Source: Planctomycetota bacterium
Lineage (GTDB): Bacteria; Planctomycetota; B15-G4
Length of the DNA stretch: 64,000 bases
Reading direction: 5' to 3'
Assembly (NCBI GenBank): GCA_029259695.1
Contig: JAJDEQ010000144.1
Coordinates: 1,501-65,500, forward strand
Positions within the stretch are counted from its first letter, which is position 1, and each line of letters opens with the position of its first letter. A program made the position numbers and the translations under genes. Positions 1 to 8,140 of the stretch are shown piece by piece. The notes below the pieces were generated by a model, which had not been told where the DNA came from, ran no database searches, and saw nothing but the letters and a program-made list of their open reading frames with translations.

Positions 1-2
1 CA

Positions 3-950
3 TTCACCACGATTTGGCACAGGGTCCTGGCAGCGGTCCCTCTTCAGATCGATAGAGAACAACCTGGTCTTAGCCGGCAGGTGATTAGCGAGATGGTTTC
101 CCTTGCGAGCCTACTCCCTTCGCAGGAAGTCACGCCGGCCCACGTCGCCGCTGCACTCGCTAGGCTTTCTGCGCCTGGTTGGATCGTTGTCGTCCTCGAC
201 GAATTCGACAAGGTCCGAGATCAAGGTACCCGCGCGAAGACCGCAGACTTGATCAAGGTCCTCTCCGACAGTCCTCGGAGTCGAGTCAGTCTTGTGGTCG
301 TTGGTGTGGCACGGAGTATCGGCCAACTGATTGGCGAACATCCGTCGATTGATCGCAATCTCGTTCATATTGAGTTGCCAAAAATGGTCGATGAGGAGAT
401 TCGTGACATCCTCACGAATGGATGCAATAGACTCGGGCTTGATGTAACGCCCACAGTTCTAGACGAAGCATGCCTGCTTGCCGACGGCTTCCCCCACTAC
501 GCTCACCTGCTCGGACTTCAGGCCGCAAAGGCCTGCTTTCAGAGCGCCCAGAAGGTGATCGACCACGCAGAGTTCACTGTTGCCTGCACCACGGCTGTGG
601 ACGACGCAATCGAGAAGTACCGAGATGCGTACGCTTTCGCTACGTCAACAACTCAGCAGAGCCGATACCCACAGGTACTGTGTTCGTGCGCGCACGCCGA
701 CCACGACGATCGGGGCGCGTTCCGAGCCACAGACGTTGTCGACGCTATGAGTAAAGTCTTCAATGTTGACGTATCCCTACAGTCAGTTGTTCCCGCGCTA
801 GGAGAGTTTTGCAAGCGAGAGCGCGGTGAAGTGCTGGAGAAGGTCCCGGTAGGAAAGCGCCACCGGTACCGCTTCCTTGACCCAATGCTGCGACCATTCC
901 TGCGGATCAAGACGCAATCAGTTCTCGCAGAAGCGCTTCAGCGGACCTGA
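3..950 (+). CDS. AAA+ ATPase (Orc1/Cdc6-like C-terminal part with probable winged helix), 5'-truncated by the window
   Basis: Frame is open from base 3 (FTTIWHRVL...). Walker B-like IVVVLDEFDKV, then LVVVG, LDEACLLADGFPHYAHLLG, and C-terminal RYRFLDPMLRPF. Walker A lies outside the window. Confidence 0.75.
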   Translation, partial: FTTIWHRVLAAVPLQIDREQPGLSRQVISEMVSLASLLPSQEVTPAHVAAALARLSAPGWIVVVLDEFDKVRDQGTRAKTADLIKVLSDSPRSRVSLVVVGVARSIGQLIGEHPSIDRNLVHIELPKMVDEEIRDILTNGCNRLGLDVTPTVLDEACLLADGFPHYAHLLGLQAAKACFQSAQKVIDHAEFTVACTTAVDDAIEKYRDAYAFATSTTQQSRYPQVLCSCAHADHDDRGAFRATDVVDAMSKVFNVDVSLQSVVPALGEFCKRERGEVLEKVPVGKRHRYRFLDPMLRPFLRIKTQSVLAEALQRT

Positions 951-1365
951 CGCATCGCAAAGCGAAGAGTTGTTGCCCGTGTTGGCAGCTGCCTTCGCGG
1001 AGCTGGGCAACCTCATCGTCGAGAGGCAAGCGAGATGGCCCCGCCTGGAGTTGTGGCGCTCTCTACGCTCGGCTTGGCGACTGAAGACTGAAGTGCCAGT
1101 GGAGCATCCGGCTGACTCCTTGCCGACCCATCACATGGGTTGCGCTCGTGAAGGCTGCATGGTCGGAGTGTGCTGGAACTCCGTTCGCGGCGGAGGCCCG
1201 TCGTCGACCCTGGCCTCGCCACTCGTGCCAGTCGCGCGGGTGGGCGCAGTGCACGCTGGGGCGCTGGGGCGTGCGTGGGGTCTTCGAGAGGGGGAGCTGC
1301 CAGGAAGCGCGATGCGTCATCGTTGTGTGCGCGGGCACCGCATTCAGCCATTCAGCTACCGGGGC

Positions 1366-3039
1366 TCACTTCTCGTGAGATTGCTCGATTCTGGACCAGA
1401 TCTTGTCCACGAGTTCGTCCACTTCTTCTGCCGAGAGGAACGGGCTGTCATCTACTCCAACGGGACGTTCCACCAAGAACCAGGAACAGAATGCAAAGTG
1501 GGTCGCGATCAGCCCGGAGATAGCAAGGCGACCGATTCCGGAGGACCTACCGAGAACGTACAAGCAACCAGCGAATGCGATCAGTGAGAGGGTAGTTCCT
1601 GTCGCCTCGAACACTTCCCAGGGTGGAATAGGACGACCGGTATCCGGGTCACGCATCCATTCTTCCCAACCCGGCGCAGATTGGTAGATTTGCGCCGATT
1701 GCACGAGGAGAAACGCGCCGCATAGCCCAAGGGCGCCAAGTAGATTGCCACGAAGCCTCAAGCGACGTCTGAGGGCGGCGCGAGCAGCGACCTCCCGATG
1801 CAGCCCGCCGATGGGGTCGTCGAGGGCTTGGCTCTTGACCAGAAGTGCAGTCAGTTGGTTCCGGAATGACCGCGCCGCCTCAGTTGTGTTGCCATGGCAA
1901 GGGGCTCTTAGCGGTTCATAACTCAGCAAGTTGCACTGCAGGGCGTACTCACGACCAATGGTCGCTTCAAGTTGTTCCCAGACGCCATGAGCAATCTTCG
2001 CCGTCTCATGAAGAAGAACGACGCGCTCAGGTTCGCAAGCGGCCGAGACCTTCGCTAGCTCCCACAAGACACTCCCTGTCAGCGTGCTGATGTCGACGAT
2101 GATGAAATCAGCACACTCGATGAACTCTTCGACGACAGACTCCCAGACGTCGTCGTCACAGCGGACGATAGACAACTGCGTCCCTCGTCCGGTTCCTCTG
2201 CCTATGTCGCACAGGATCTCTTGCACCTGTTCCTCCGCACCCTCTCGCTTGATTCTCGAGAACAGTCGGCGACGGAGAGCGAAAATGAGCAAGGCCACGA
2301 TCAGCAGTGCGAGGACCCATAACGTGACAAGATCGAACAGAGATTGAGAGCTCGTGCCAATGCCGAACCGCTTGAATGAGTGCCCGACGCCGAAGACGAT
2401 CGTCGCGTAGACTCCTGCCGCTACCAGAATCGGAGATGCGAGAGCGCTGGGGTCAGACAGTGCCCAGCTCCACGAGAAGCGGAAGGTGGAGTCCTGGAGC
2501 GTGATGGGAACCGCGCGTCCTCTAAGGGCACGACGAAGTTCGGTGTCGAGCCGTATCTCTTTCACACTAGACTGGTGAAAACGGCGGAGCCAGAGTGCCA
2601 GCCGCGCTGGTCGCCGCTTCCGCCCAAACTGGAGCCACAGGAGCCCGGCAGCGGCGATTCCGACCACCGCGGAGCCATCTGATCTCAGGCTGATGATGAG
2701 GCCAAGAGCGAGGAGGGCTACGCTAGCTTGGCGCAGGCGCTCACGAAGTGGGTTTGGGCGCTCGTGCCTCCACCCATCGATTGCTGGAGATCTCGAAGTG
2801 CCCGTCCAATCCCGGACCCGGCGTCCTCGGCTGTCCTTGAAGAGTCCGGTCGCCACGAGCAGGACGTCGATCCACCACCAAATGCAGACCCCTCCGAGCG
2901 AAACGGCCTGGAGACTCCCCGTTACCCAGCGGCCGACATAGAAGCGGTGGATTCCGAATGCTCCGAGAACGACGGCTCTCCAGAGCGTCGAGGTGCGCGT
3001 TCGGGCGCTGCTAGTACCTGTTTGTCCGTTGAAGTGCAG
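1366..3039 (-). CDS. TM2-domain multi-pass membrane protein with central soluble domain (start uncertain; ORF track starts at GTG 2856)
   Basis: The frame upstream of 2856 is open to a TAA near 3070 and reads AVVLGAFGIHRFYVGRWVTGSLQAVSLGGVCIWWWIDVLLVATGLFKDSRG, a TM2 motif. The only candidate start is a CTG at 3039 after AGAGGAG. Several hydrophobic segments follow. Confidence 0.65.
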   Translation of the reverse strand: MHFNGQTGTSSARTRTSTLWRAVVLGAFGIHRFYVGRWVTGSLQAVSLGGVCIWWWIDVLLVATGLFKDSRGRRVRDWTGTSRSPAIDGWRHERPNPLRERLRQASVALLALGLIISLRSDGSAVVGIAAAGLLWLQFGRKRRPARLALWLRRFHQSSVKEIRLDTELRRALRGRAVPITLQDSTFRFSWSWALSDPSALASPILVAAGVYATIVFGVGHSFKRFGIGTSSQSLFDLVTLWVLALLIVALLIFALRRRLFSRIKREGAEEQVQEILCDIGRGTGRGTQLSIVRCDDDVWESVVEEFIECADFIIVDISTLTGSVLWELAKVSAACEPERVVLLHETAKIAHGVWEQLEATIGREYALQCNLLSYEPLRAPCHGNTTEAARSFRNQLTALLVKSQALDDPIGGLHREVAARAALRRRLRLRGNLLGALGLCGAFLLVQSAQIYQSAPGWEEWMRDPDTGRPIPPWEVFEATGTTLSLIAFAGCLYVLGRSSGIGRLAISGLIATHFAFCSWFLVERPVGVDDSPFLSAEEVDELVDKIWSRIEQSHEK

Positions 3040-3182
3040 GGCTCCTCTAAGCTTCCGGATTGCTGGCGTTTATAACGACCTCAAGCGCCCGGTGGATCCG
3101 CTGGGAGGAGCTGGATGATAACGCTTGGCGATCGCGCGTGGGCCAGCGACGTCCCGCCGTCTCGAACTCCGCCCTCCGGCTA

Positions 3183-3334
3183 GCGCGCAGGCAGGGCCTG
3201 ACCTTGCCGCGAGATTCCACAGCGAGCCCCGATGCGAGTGCACGCGCTGCGCTGCGTGCATCACCATCACCGCTCACCCGAAGTTCGCTCGCGAGGACTG
3301 ACCGTAGCGGCAGGGTCAGGCCCTGCCTGCGCGC
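3183..3334. repeat. 28-bp inverted repeat pair (REP/MITE-like) enclosing 96 bp
   Basis: 3183-3210 gcgcgcaggcagggcctgaccttgccgc versus reverse complement of 3307-3334: one mismatch. Right arm contains hairpin GGCAGGG-tcagg-CCCTGCC and is preceded by GTAG (3304-3307). Confidence 0.8.
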
Positions 3335-3382
3335 CCCCCGACGCGCCGGCCCCGAGCCCTATCCGCTCAAACGCCCTCGCCC

Positions 3383-6364
3383 CTAATCCGACTCCGGATC
3401 GAGGAAGCCCTGGTCGGTGTCCTCCATGGGCGTGAAGGTGAGCAGCAGGCTGTCCGTGTCGCCGGTGAGGGTGTGCTCGACTACGGCGAACTCGTCGTCC
3501 AGGTCGGTGGCGAGCTGGAACTGGTAGGTGCCGGGACTGAGCGAGTCGAACTCGAAGCGCATGTCGTCCTGGTCGGGGCGCGTGTTCTCCCGCGCGCTGC
3601 CGTCCGTCTGCTCGGCGATCAGGAAGATCCACTGCGGCTTCTCCGACACGCCGTCCACGACGACGCGGCCGGCGATCGAGAGCGCTCGCGAGAGCGTCAA
3701 CTCCATGCCCGTGCGCGACTGCAGGGCACGCAGCTCGAAGGTCTCCGAACTGGTCGAGGCGAAACCCTCGAGTTCGGCGCGGAGCTGGTACTTGCCCTGT
3801 TCGACCATGTCGAACAGGAAGGCGCCGTTGCTCGTCGTGACCGTCGACTGGGTGCCGAAGAATCCGCCGTCCTTCTCGTCGCGCACGGGCACGAGTCGCA
3901 GCCGCGCGTTCTCCAGCCGGCTGCCGTTCAGGCCCGAACGCACCCAGCCCGAGACCGAACCGGTCTCCACGTTGATCTCGACGAAGCGCCGCTCGTCGGG
4001 CTCCAGCTCGAGCCGGCGGGACGCGATGCCGCCCCAGCGCGACATGCCCGCACCCGGCGGCGACACGGCGAGCTGGGTCTCACCCGACGCCACGATGCCC
4101 AGCTCGAAGTTGCCCTCGGCGTCGGTCGTCGCCGAGCGTCGGATCTGGCCCCAGCAGCGGATCTTCCAGCCCGGGACGGCGGAGCCGTTCACGCGCAGGC
4201 GGCCGGTGACCCGGGCGGTGTCCATGTCCTCGTACTCGCTGCCCACGATCAGCAGCGTCTCCACCTCGCCTTCTTCGGGGACCTCCACCTGGGCCTGGGC
4301 CAGGGGGCTGTTGACGAACGCCTCCCAGAAGCTGAAACCGGAGATGTTGGTCACGCGGTCGCGCACCTCGAGTTGGACCTCGCCGGGTTCGACCTGGTGG
4401 AACGAGAACAGGCCGTCGGCGTCGGTGATCGCCAGGCGCGGCATCTCGGAGTCCAGTGCGTCGGAGTTGGAGCCCTGCATGGAGACCAGCACCGGGATGC
4501 GGGGGGGCTCGCCGTTGTCGAGCACGGTGCCCAGGATCGAACCGCCCGGCGTCAGGGCGACGTTGAGCTCGTCCACGTCCGGCACCTCGAACTCCTGCCA
4601 CGCGATGGCGTAGGCGGGATGGGTGACCATCAGGGCGTATTCGCCGTCGGCCAGGGCCGGGAGTTCGGCCCAGCCGTTCTCGTTGGTGCGCGCCGACACG
4701 AGCGGGAAGTCCTCACCACGCTCGAACACGGTGGCCCTGGCCCAGTCCACGGGGTCGCCCTTGCCCGCCGGCGGGCCGAACACGGTGACCTCGAGCGTCG
4801 TGGCCGGTTCGAAGGTCAGCGTGACGTTGGCTTCTTCGGCCGTCTCGAGCAGCACTTCGACCTGGGTCACCGCGCGGCCCTCGGAACGGCCCTGGATCGT
4901 CCAGGGCGCGGGCGTCAGTCCCTCCACGACGTAGAGGCCGTCCTCGTCCCGTCGCGTCCGGTCGCCCAGCGCGTGGATCGGCTTGAGATAGGAGGGCAGC
5001 GCTTCGCCCACGTCGGATCGCAAGGCGCGTCCGAACAGTTGCACGTCGTCCACCGTCTCGCCGAACTCGTCCACGGCGAGGATCTTCAGCTGCGTCTTGC
5101 CGGGCAGTTGGATGATCGCCTTCTGGTCCGGGGACAGGTCACCCAGGAAGACGTGCGCGGCGTCGCCGGGGGCGCGGGCAGCCACGTAGACCGACTCCAT
5201 GCGCATCCCTTCCATCTGGAAGTTGCCGTTCTCATCGGTGCGCGTGGGTGGGCGCATGATCGAGACCGGTGCGAGGCTGAAGGTGTTGCCCACGTAGACC
5301 TCGGCGTCGACCACGCCCGCGCCGTCCCGGTCGACCACACGGCCGTTGAAGGTGGTGCCGTCGTAGATCGTGATGGCGCCCACGTCGCGTTCCCCGCCGG
5401 CCGCGCCGGTGGGGAACGGGCCGGCGCTGTTGGCGGCATGGCGCCCGTCGTCGGCGATCATGGTGACCATGCCGGGCGGCACCTGCAGCGAGAAGCGCCC
5501 GTCGGCGTCGGTCTGGGTCGTGGGCAACGGCAGGCGCGAGGTGAGCCTGTCGATCGAGCCCGGCGGGTCGATCAGGATCGGTCGTTCGAGGTTCTCCTCG
5601 TGGATCAGGATCGCCCCGCCCTCGCGGTACTCGGCGAACAGGATGCCGACGCTGACCCAGGTGTGCTCCAGATCGGTGGCGCGCACGCGGACGCCGGCGA
5701 CGGGGCGGCGCTGGTCGTCCACGATGCGCCCGCTCATGGTGACCGTGCCGGGCAGCACGATGTCGCCGATGTCGCGCACCGCGCCGCTGCTGGGTGTCAT
5801 CTCCAGGATGCGCAGGACGGTGCGCGGGCCGCCGGGGTCGAGCAGCAGTCCGCCCAGGATGCGCGGATCGAGGTGCTCGAAGAAGAAGCGCCCTTCGGCG
5901 TCGGTGACGGCCGTGCCGGCGATCAGATCCAGGTCGGCCTGCAACTCCTCCAGCATCTCCATGCGCGGCATGAGGAACTGCGACGGGCGCCCCGCGATGA
6001 TCTCCAGCGGGAGGTCGGGCACCGGCGTGCCGTCCTCTTCGAGCACCCGCCCGGTGATGCCGCCCAGGGCCGCGGTGTACGAGGCCGGCGGGCCCCGCCC
6101 CTGCTCGAGTTCCGGCACGACGGTCGCGATCGTCGGGGTCTGCAACTCCGTCGGCGCCGCGTCATCCGTCAGGGCCAGCGGGTCGATCTCCGGGAGGTCC
6201 CCGGCCGTGCTCTCGGCCGTGACCGTCTGCATGTCGCCGTCACCGCCCGAGTCGGTGAAGAGGTCGCTCAGGAAGTACCCGAGCGCGCCGAGAACGATGA
6301 TGATCGCGCCGCCGACCAACCACGTCGTACGGCGCCCTCCGTTGGATTGTCTGCCCTTGCGCAT
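3383..6364 (-). CDS. Membrane-anchored protein with multiple Carboxypeptidase-regulatory-like (beta-sandwich) repeats
   Basis: 993 aa. N-terminal TM segment (WLVGGAIIIVLGALGYFL). Repeated motifs ITGRVLEEDGTPV, MSGRIVDDQRRPVAG, FNGRVVDRDGAGVVDAEV, TDAEGRF/TDENGNF. Strong GC3 bias. Confidence 0.8.
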   Translation of the reverse strand: MRKGRQSNGGRRTTWLVGGAIIIVLGALGYFLSDLFTDSGGDGDMQTVTAESTAGDLPEIDPLALTDDAAPTELQTPTIATVVPELEQGRGPPASYTAALGGITGRVLEEDGTPVPDLPLEIIAGRPSQFLMPRMEMLEELQADLDLIAGTAVTDAEGRFFFEHLDPRILGGLLLDPGGPRTVLRILEMTPSSGAVRDIGDIVLPGTVTMSGRIVDDQRRPVAGVRVRATDLEHTWVSVGILFAEYREGGAILIHEENLERPILIDPPGSIDRLTSRLPLPTTQTDADGRFSLQVPPGMVTMIADDGRHAANSAGPFPTGAAGGERDVGAITIYDGTTFNGRVVDRDGAGVVDAEVYVGNTFSLAPVSIMRPPTRTDENGNFQMEGMRMESVYVAARAPGDAAHVFLGDLSPDQKAIIQLPGKTQLKILAVDEFGETVDDVQLFGRALRSDVGEALPSYLKPIHALGDRTRRDEDGLYVVEGLTPAPWTIQGRSEGRAVTQVEVLLETAEEANVTLTFEPATTLEVTVFGPPAGKGDPVDWARATVFERGEDFPLVSARTNENGWAELPALADGEYALMVTHPAYAIAWQEFEVPDVDELNVALTPGGSILGTVLDNGEPPRIPVLVSMQGSNSDALDSEMPRLAITDADGLFSFHQVEPGEVQLEVRDRVTNISGFSFWEAFVNSPLAQAQVEVPEEGEVETLLIVGSEYEDMDTARVTGRLRVNGSAVPGWKIRCWGQIRRSATTDAEGNFELGIVASGETQLAVSPPGAGMSRWGGIASRRLELEPDERRFVEINVETGSVSGWVRSGLNGSRLENARLRLVPVRDEKDGGFFGTQSTVTTSNGAFLFDMVEQGKYQLRAELEGFASTSSETFELRALQSRTGMELTLSRALSIAGRVVVDGVSEKPQWIFLIAEQTDGSARENTRPDQDDMRFEFDSLSPGTYQFQLATDLDDEFAVVEHTLTGDTDSLLLTFTPMEDTDQGFLDPESD

Positions 6365-6497
6365 CGCCCGAGGTTAACAGTCGGGGCCCGCGGCGTCGGG
6401 CCCTCACGGGTTGGATCGCCCGCTCCAGGTGTGGCGATGTGATGACGGCCCGGTCCGGTCGAGGCCGCCCTGTCGAGCCCGGGTGGGGCCCGGCGGC

Positions 6498-7385
6498 TCA
6501 GTCGACCCGTTCGTCGGCGTGGGGCGGGTGCGCGCGGTCGGCGGTCCAGCCCTCGAGGTCGTGGCGCTGCATGAGTGCGACGAACTCATCGCAGATCGAC
6601 GGCGGCCCGGCCACCAGGGTGCGCGTCTCGCGCGACACCGGCCGCCCGTCCGCCGTGACGATGCGCCCGCCCGCCTCGCTCAGGACGACCATGCCGCCGA
6701 CGATGTCCAGCAAGCGTTGGGGCGTTCCGCGACCCACGACCAGCAGGTCCGCCTCCCCGGCGGCGAGCAGGGCCAGGTCGAGGGCGATCGACCCCATGCA
6801 GCGGATCTTGCGCGTGTTCCAGAGCACGTCCTGGAGCACGTCGGGCAGACACACCAGCGGACCGCGACGGGAGAGGTGGGCGATGACCATGGCGTCGGCC
6901 AGCGCCGTCGTCTCCGCGATGTGCGTGGGGCGCACGCCGTCGTCGTCGTGCACCCGGGCGCCGCCGCCGCGGTGAGCGGAGAAGGTGATGTCGCGCACGA
7001 CGTCGTGCACGACGCCCACCACGGGTTCGCCGTCGATCATCAGGCCGGCGGTGACGGCGACGTAGGGGATGCCGCGCAGGTGGTTGGCGCTGCCGTCGAT
7101 CGGATCGATGTACCACTCGTGCACGCCGTCGCCGGGCACGGGGTCGCAGTCCTCCACGATCTGGCCGTGGCTCGGGAAGCTCTCCCCGAACAGCTTGATC
7201 AGCTCCTGCCCGGCGCGGTGGTCGTCGACCGTGAAGACCTGGGCGTGGGACATCCAGTGGTGCTTGCTCTGGGGGCCGCCCAGGCTGGGTCGCACGATGT
7301 CGCGGGCCACCTGACGGACCAGGGCCGCGGCCGTCTGTTCGAGGCCGGCGAGGTCGGGAGACGGCTGGGCGGGGGGCGGCGACAT
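6498..7385 (-). CDS. Inositol monophosphatase family protein
   Basis: Motifs IVEDCD, WYIDPIDGSANH, RCMGSIALDLALLAAG, LDIVGG. Confidence 0.9.
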   Translation of the reverse strand: MSPPPAQPSPDLAGLEQTAAALVRQVARDIVRPSLGGPQSKHHWMSHAQVFTVDDHRAGQELIKLFGESFPSHGQIVEDCDPVPGDGVHEWYIDPIDGSANHLRGIPYVAVTAGLMIDGEPVVGVVHDVVRDITFSAHRGGGARVHDDDGVRPTHIAETTALADAMVIAHLSRRGPLVCLPDVLQDVLWNTRKIRCMGSIALDLALLAAGEADLLVVGRGTPQRLLDIVGGMVVLSEAGGRIVTADGRPVSRETRTLVAGPPSICDEFVALMQRHDLEGWTADRAHPPHADERVD

Positions 7386-7431
7386 GAACTCACCGTAGGC
7401 GGAGTCGCATCACGAATCTATGCTGTGCGCC

Positions 7432-7845
7432 ATGTCACGCCCCGCCGCACTCTTCGCCTTGCTCGTCGCCTGCCTGGGCGCCGGCTGCTGGGCGCTCGAA
7501 TCCACCGTGCCGGTGGGCGTCACCGTTCCCACGCCGCGAGGACTGCTGCTGGTGAACGTGCCGTCGGACACGGCGGCGCAGCTCGAGCAGGCGCCCGTCG
7601 TGGAACAGTTCGAGCAGGCGGTGCGGCTCGGGCACCTGCGCGCTCCGGCACTCGAGCCGTTGCTGCGCCAGCACATGGTGGTGACGGGGATGTCGCAGCA
7701 GGAGGTCATCTGGGCCTTCCGGGCCCATCCCTCCAGCGTGCGCTTCAGCGGCCCTCCCGGCGGCCGGACCTTCCACTGGGAGCCCGGACGCTACTGGGTG
7801 CGCTTCGACGAGACCGGTGCGGCCGTCTCGGCGGGGCGTTACTGA
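7432..7845 (+). CDS. Small lipoprotein, SmpA/BamE-like segment
   Basis: Lipobox LGAGC; GMSQQEVIWAF and YWVRFDETGAAV resemble the SmpA/OmlA fold. TATGCT at 7419-7424 is a possible -10 box, favouring ATG 7432. Confidence 0.6.
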   Translation: MSRPAALFALLVACLGAGCWALESTVPVGVTVPTPRGLLLVNVPSDTAAQLEQAPVVEQFEQAVRLGHLRAPALEPLLRQHMVVTGMSQQEVIWAFRAHPSSVRFSGPPGGRTFHWEPGRYWVRFDETGAAVSAGRY

Positions 7846-8140
7846 GGCCGCGCCCGCTGGTGCAAGTCGCTTGCTCCCGGGCAGGCTGCTCGCCCCGTCG
7901 GGTGGCGTGTTCCCGGCGCCAGACCGGTGGAGGCTGCGGTCCTGAGGGCTGCATGACGCGCTACTGATGCCCGCGCCATCCCGCCGATAGGAGCTTCGGA
8001 CGGGCGCTGCACGATTTGCGTGCCTCGTGTTCGTCCGGCAGACAGACTCCCCCAGCGGCGGTAATCTGTAGACCCCGGTCCAAGTCGCGTGCTGCCCCTC
8101 CCTGCCCGGCGCCGACTCCGCATCCCCCCCGAGCCCCCCG

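Larger units (their letters stand above)
1..3180. other. Lower-GC accessory segment (probable horizontally acquired island; left end outside window)
   Basis: Visibly more A/T and many A/T-ending codons compared with the strongly GC3-biased genes from 3383 on. No integrase in view. Confidence 0.55.

Noticed and set aside
1137-1149. 13-nt match to the 16S rRNA motif ACGAGCGCAACCC on the minus strand
   Set aside because: Flanks do not resemble rRNA; chance match.
877-1587. 236-aa + strand ORF in the island
   Set aside because: Overlaps both neighbouring genes, has no motif and no clear RBS; at most a decayed fragment.
950-3180. Integron cassette array (attC sites) in the low-GC segment
   Set aside because: The hairpin near 973-1011 has GTT...AAC in the wrong order for attC, the two genes are convergent, and no integrase is in view.
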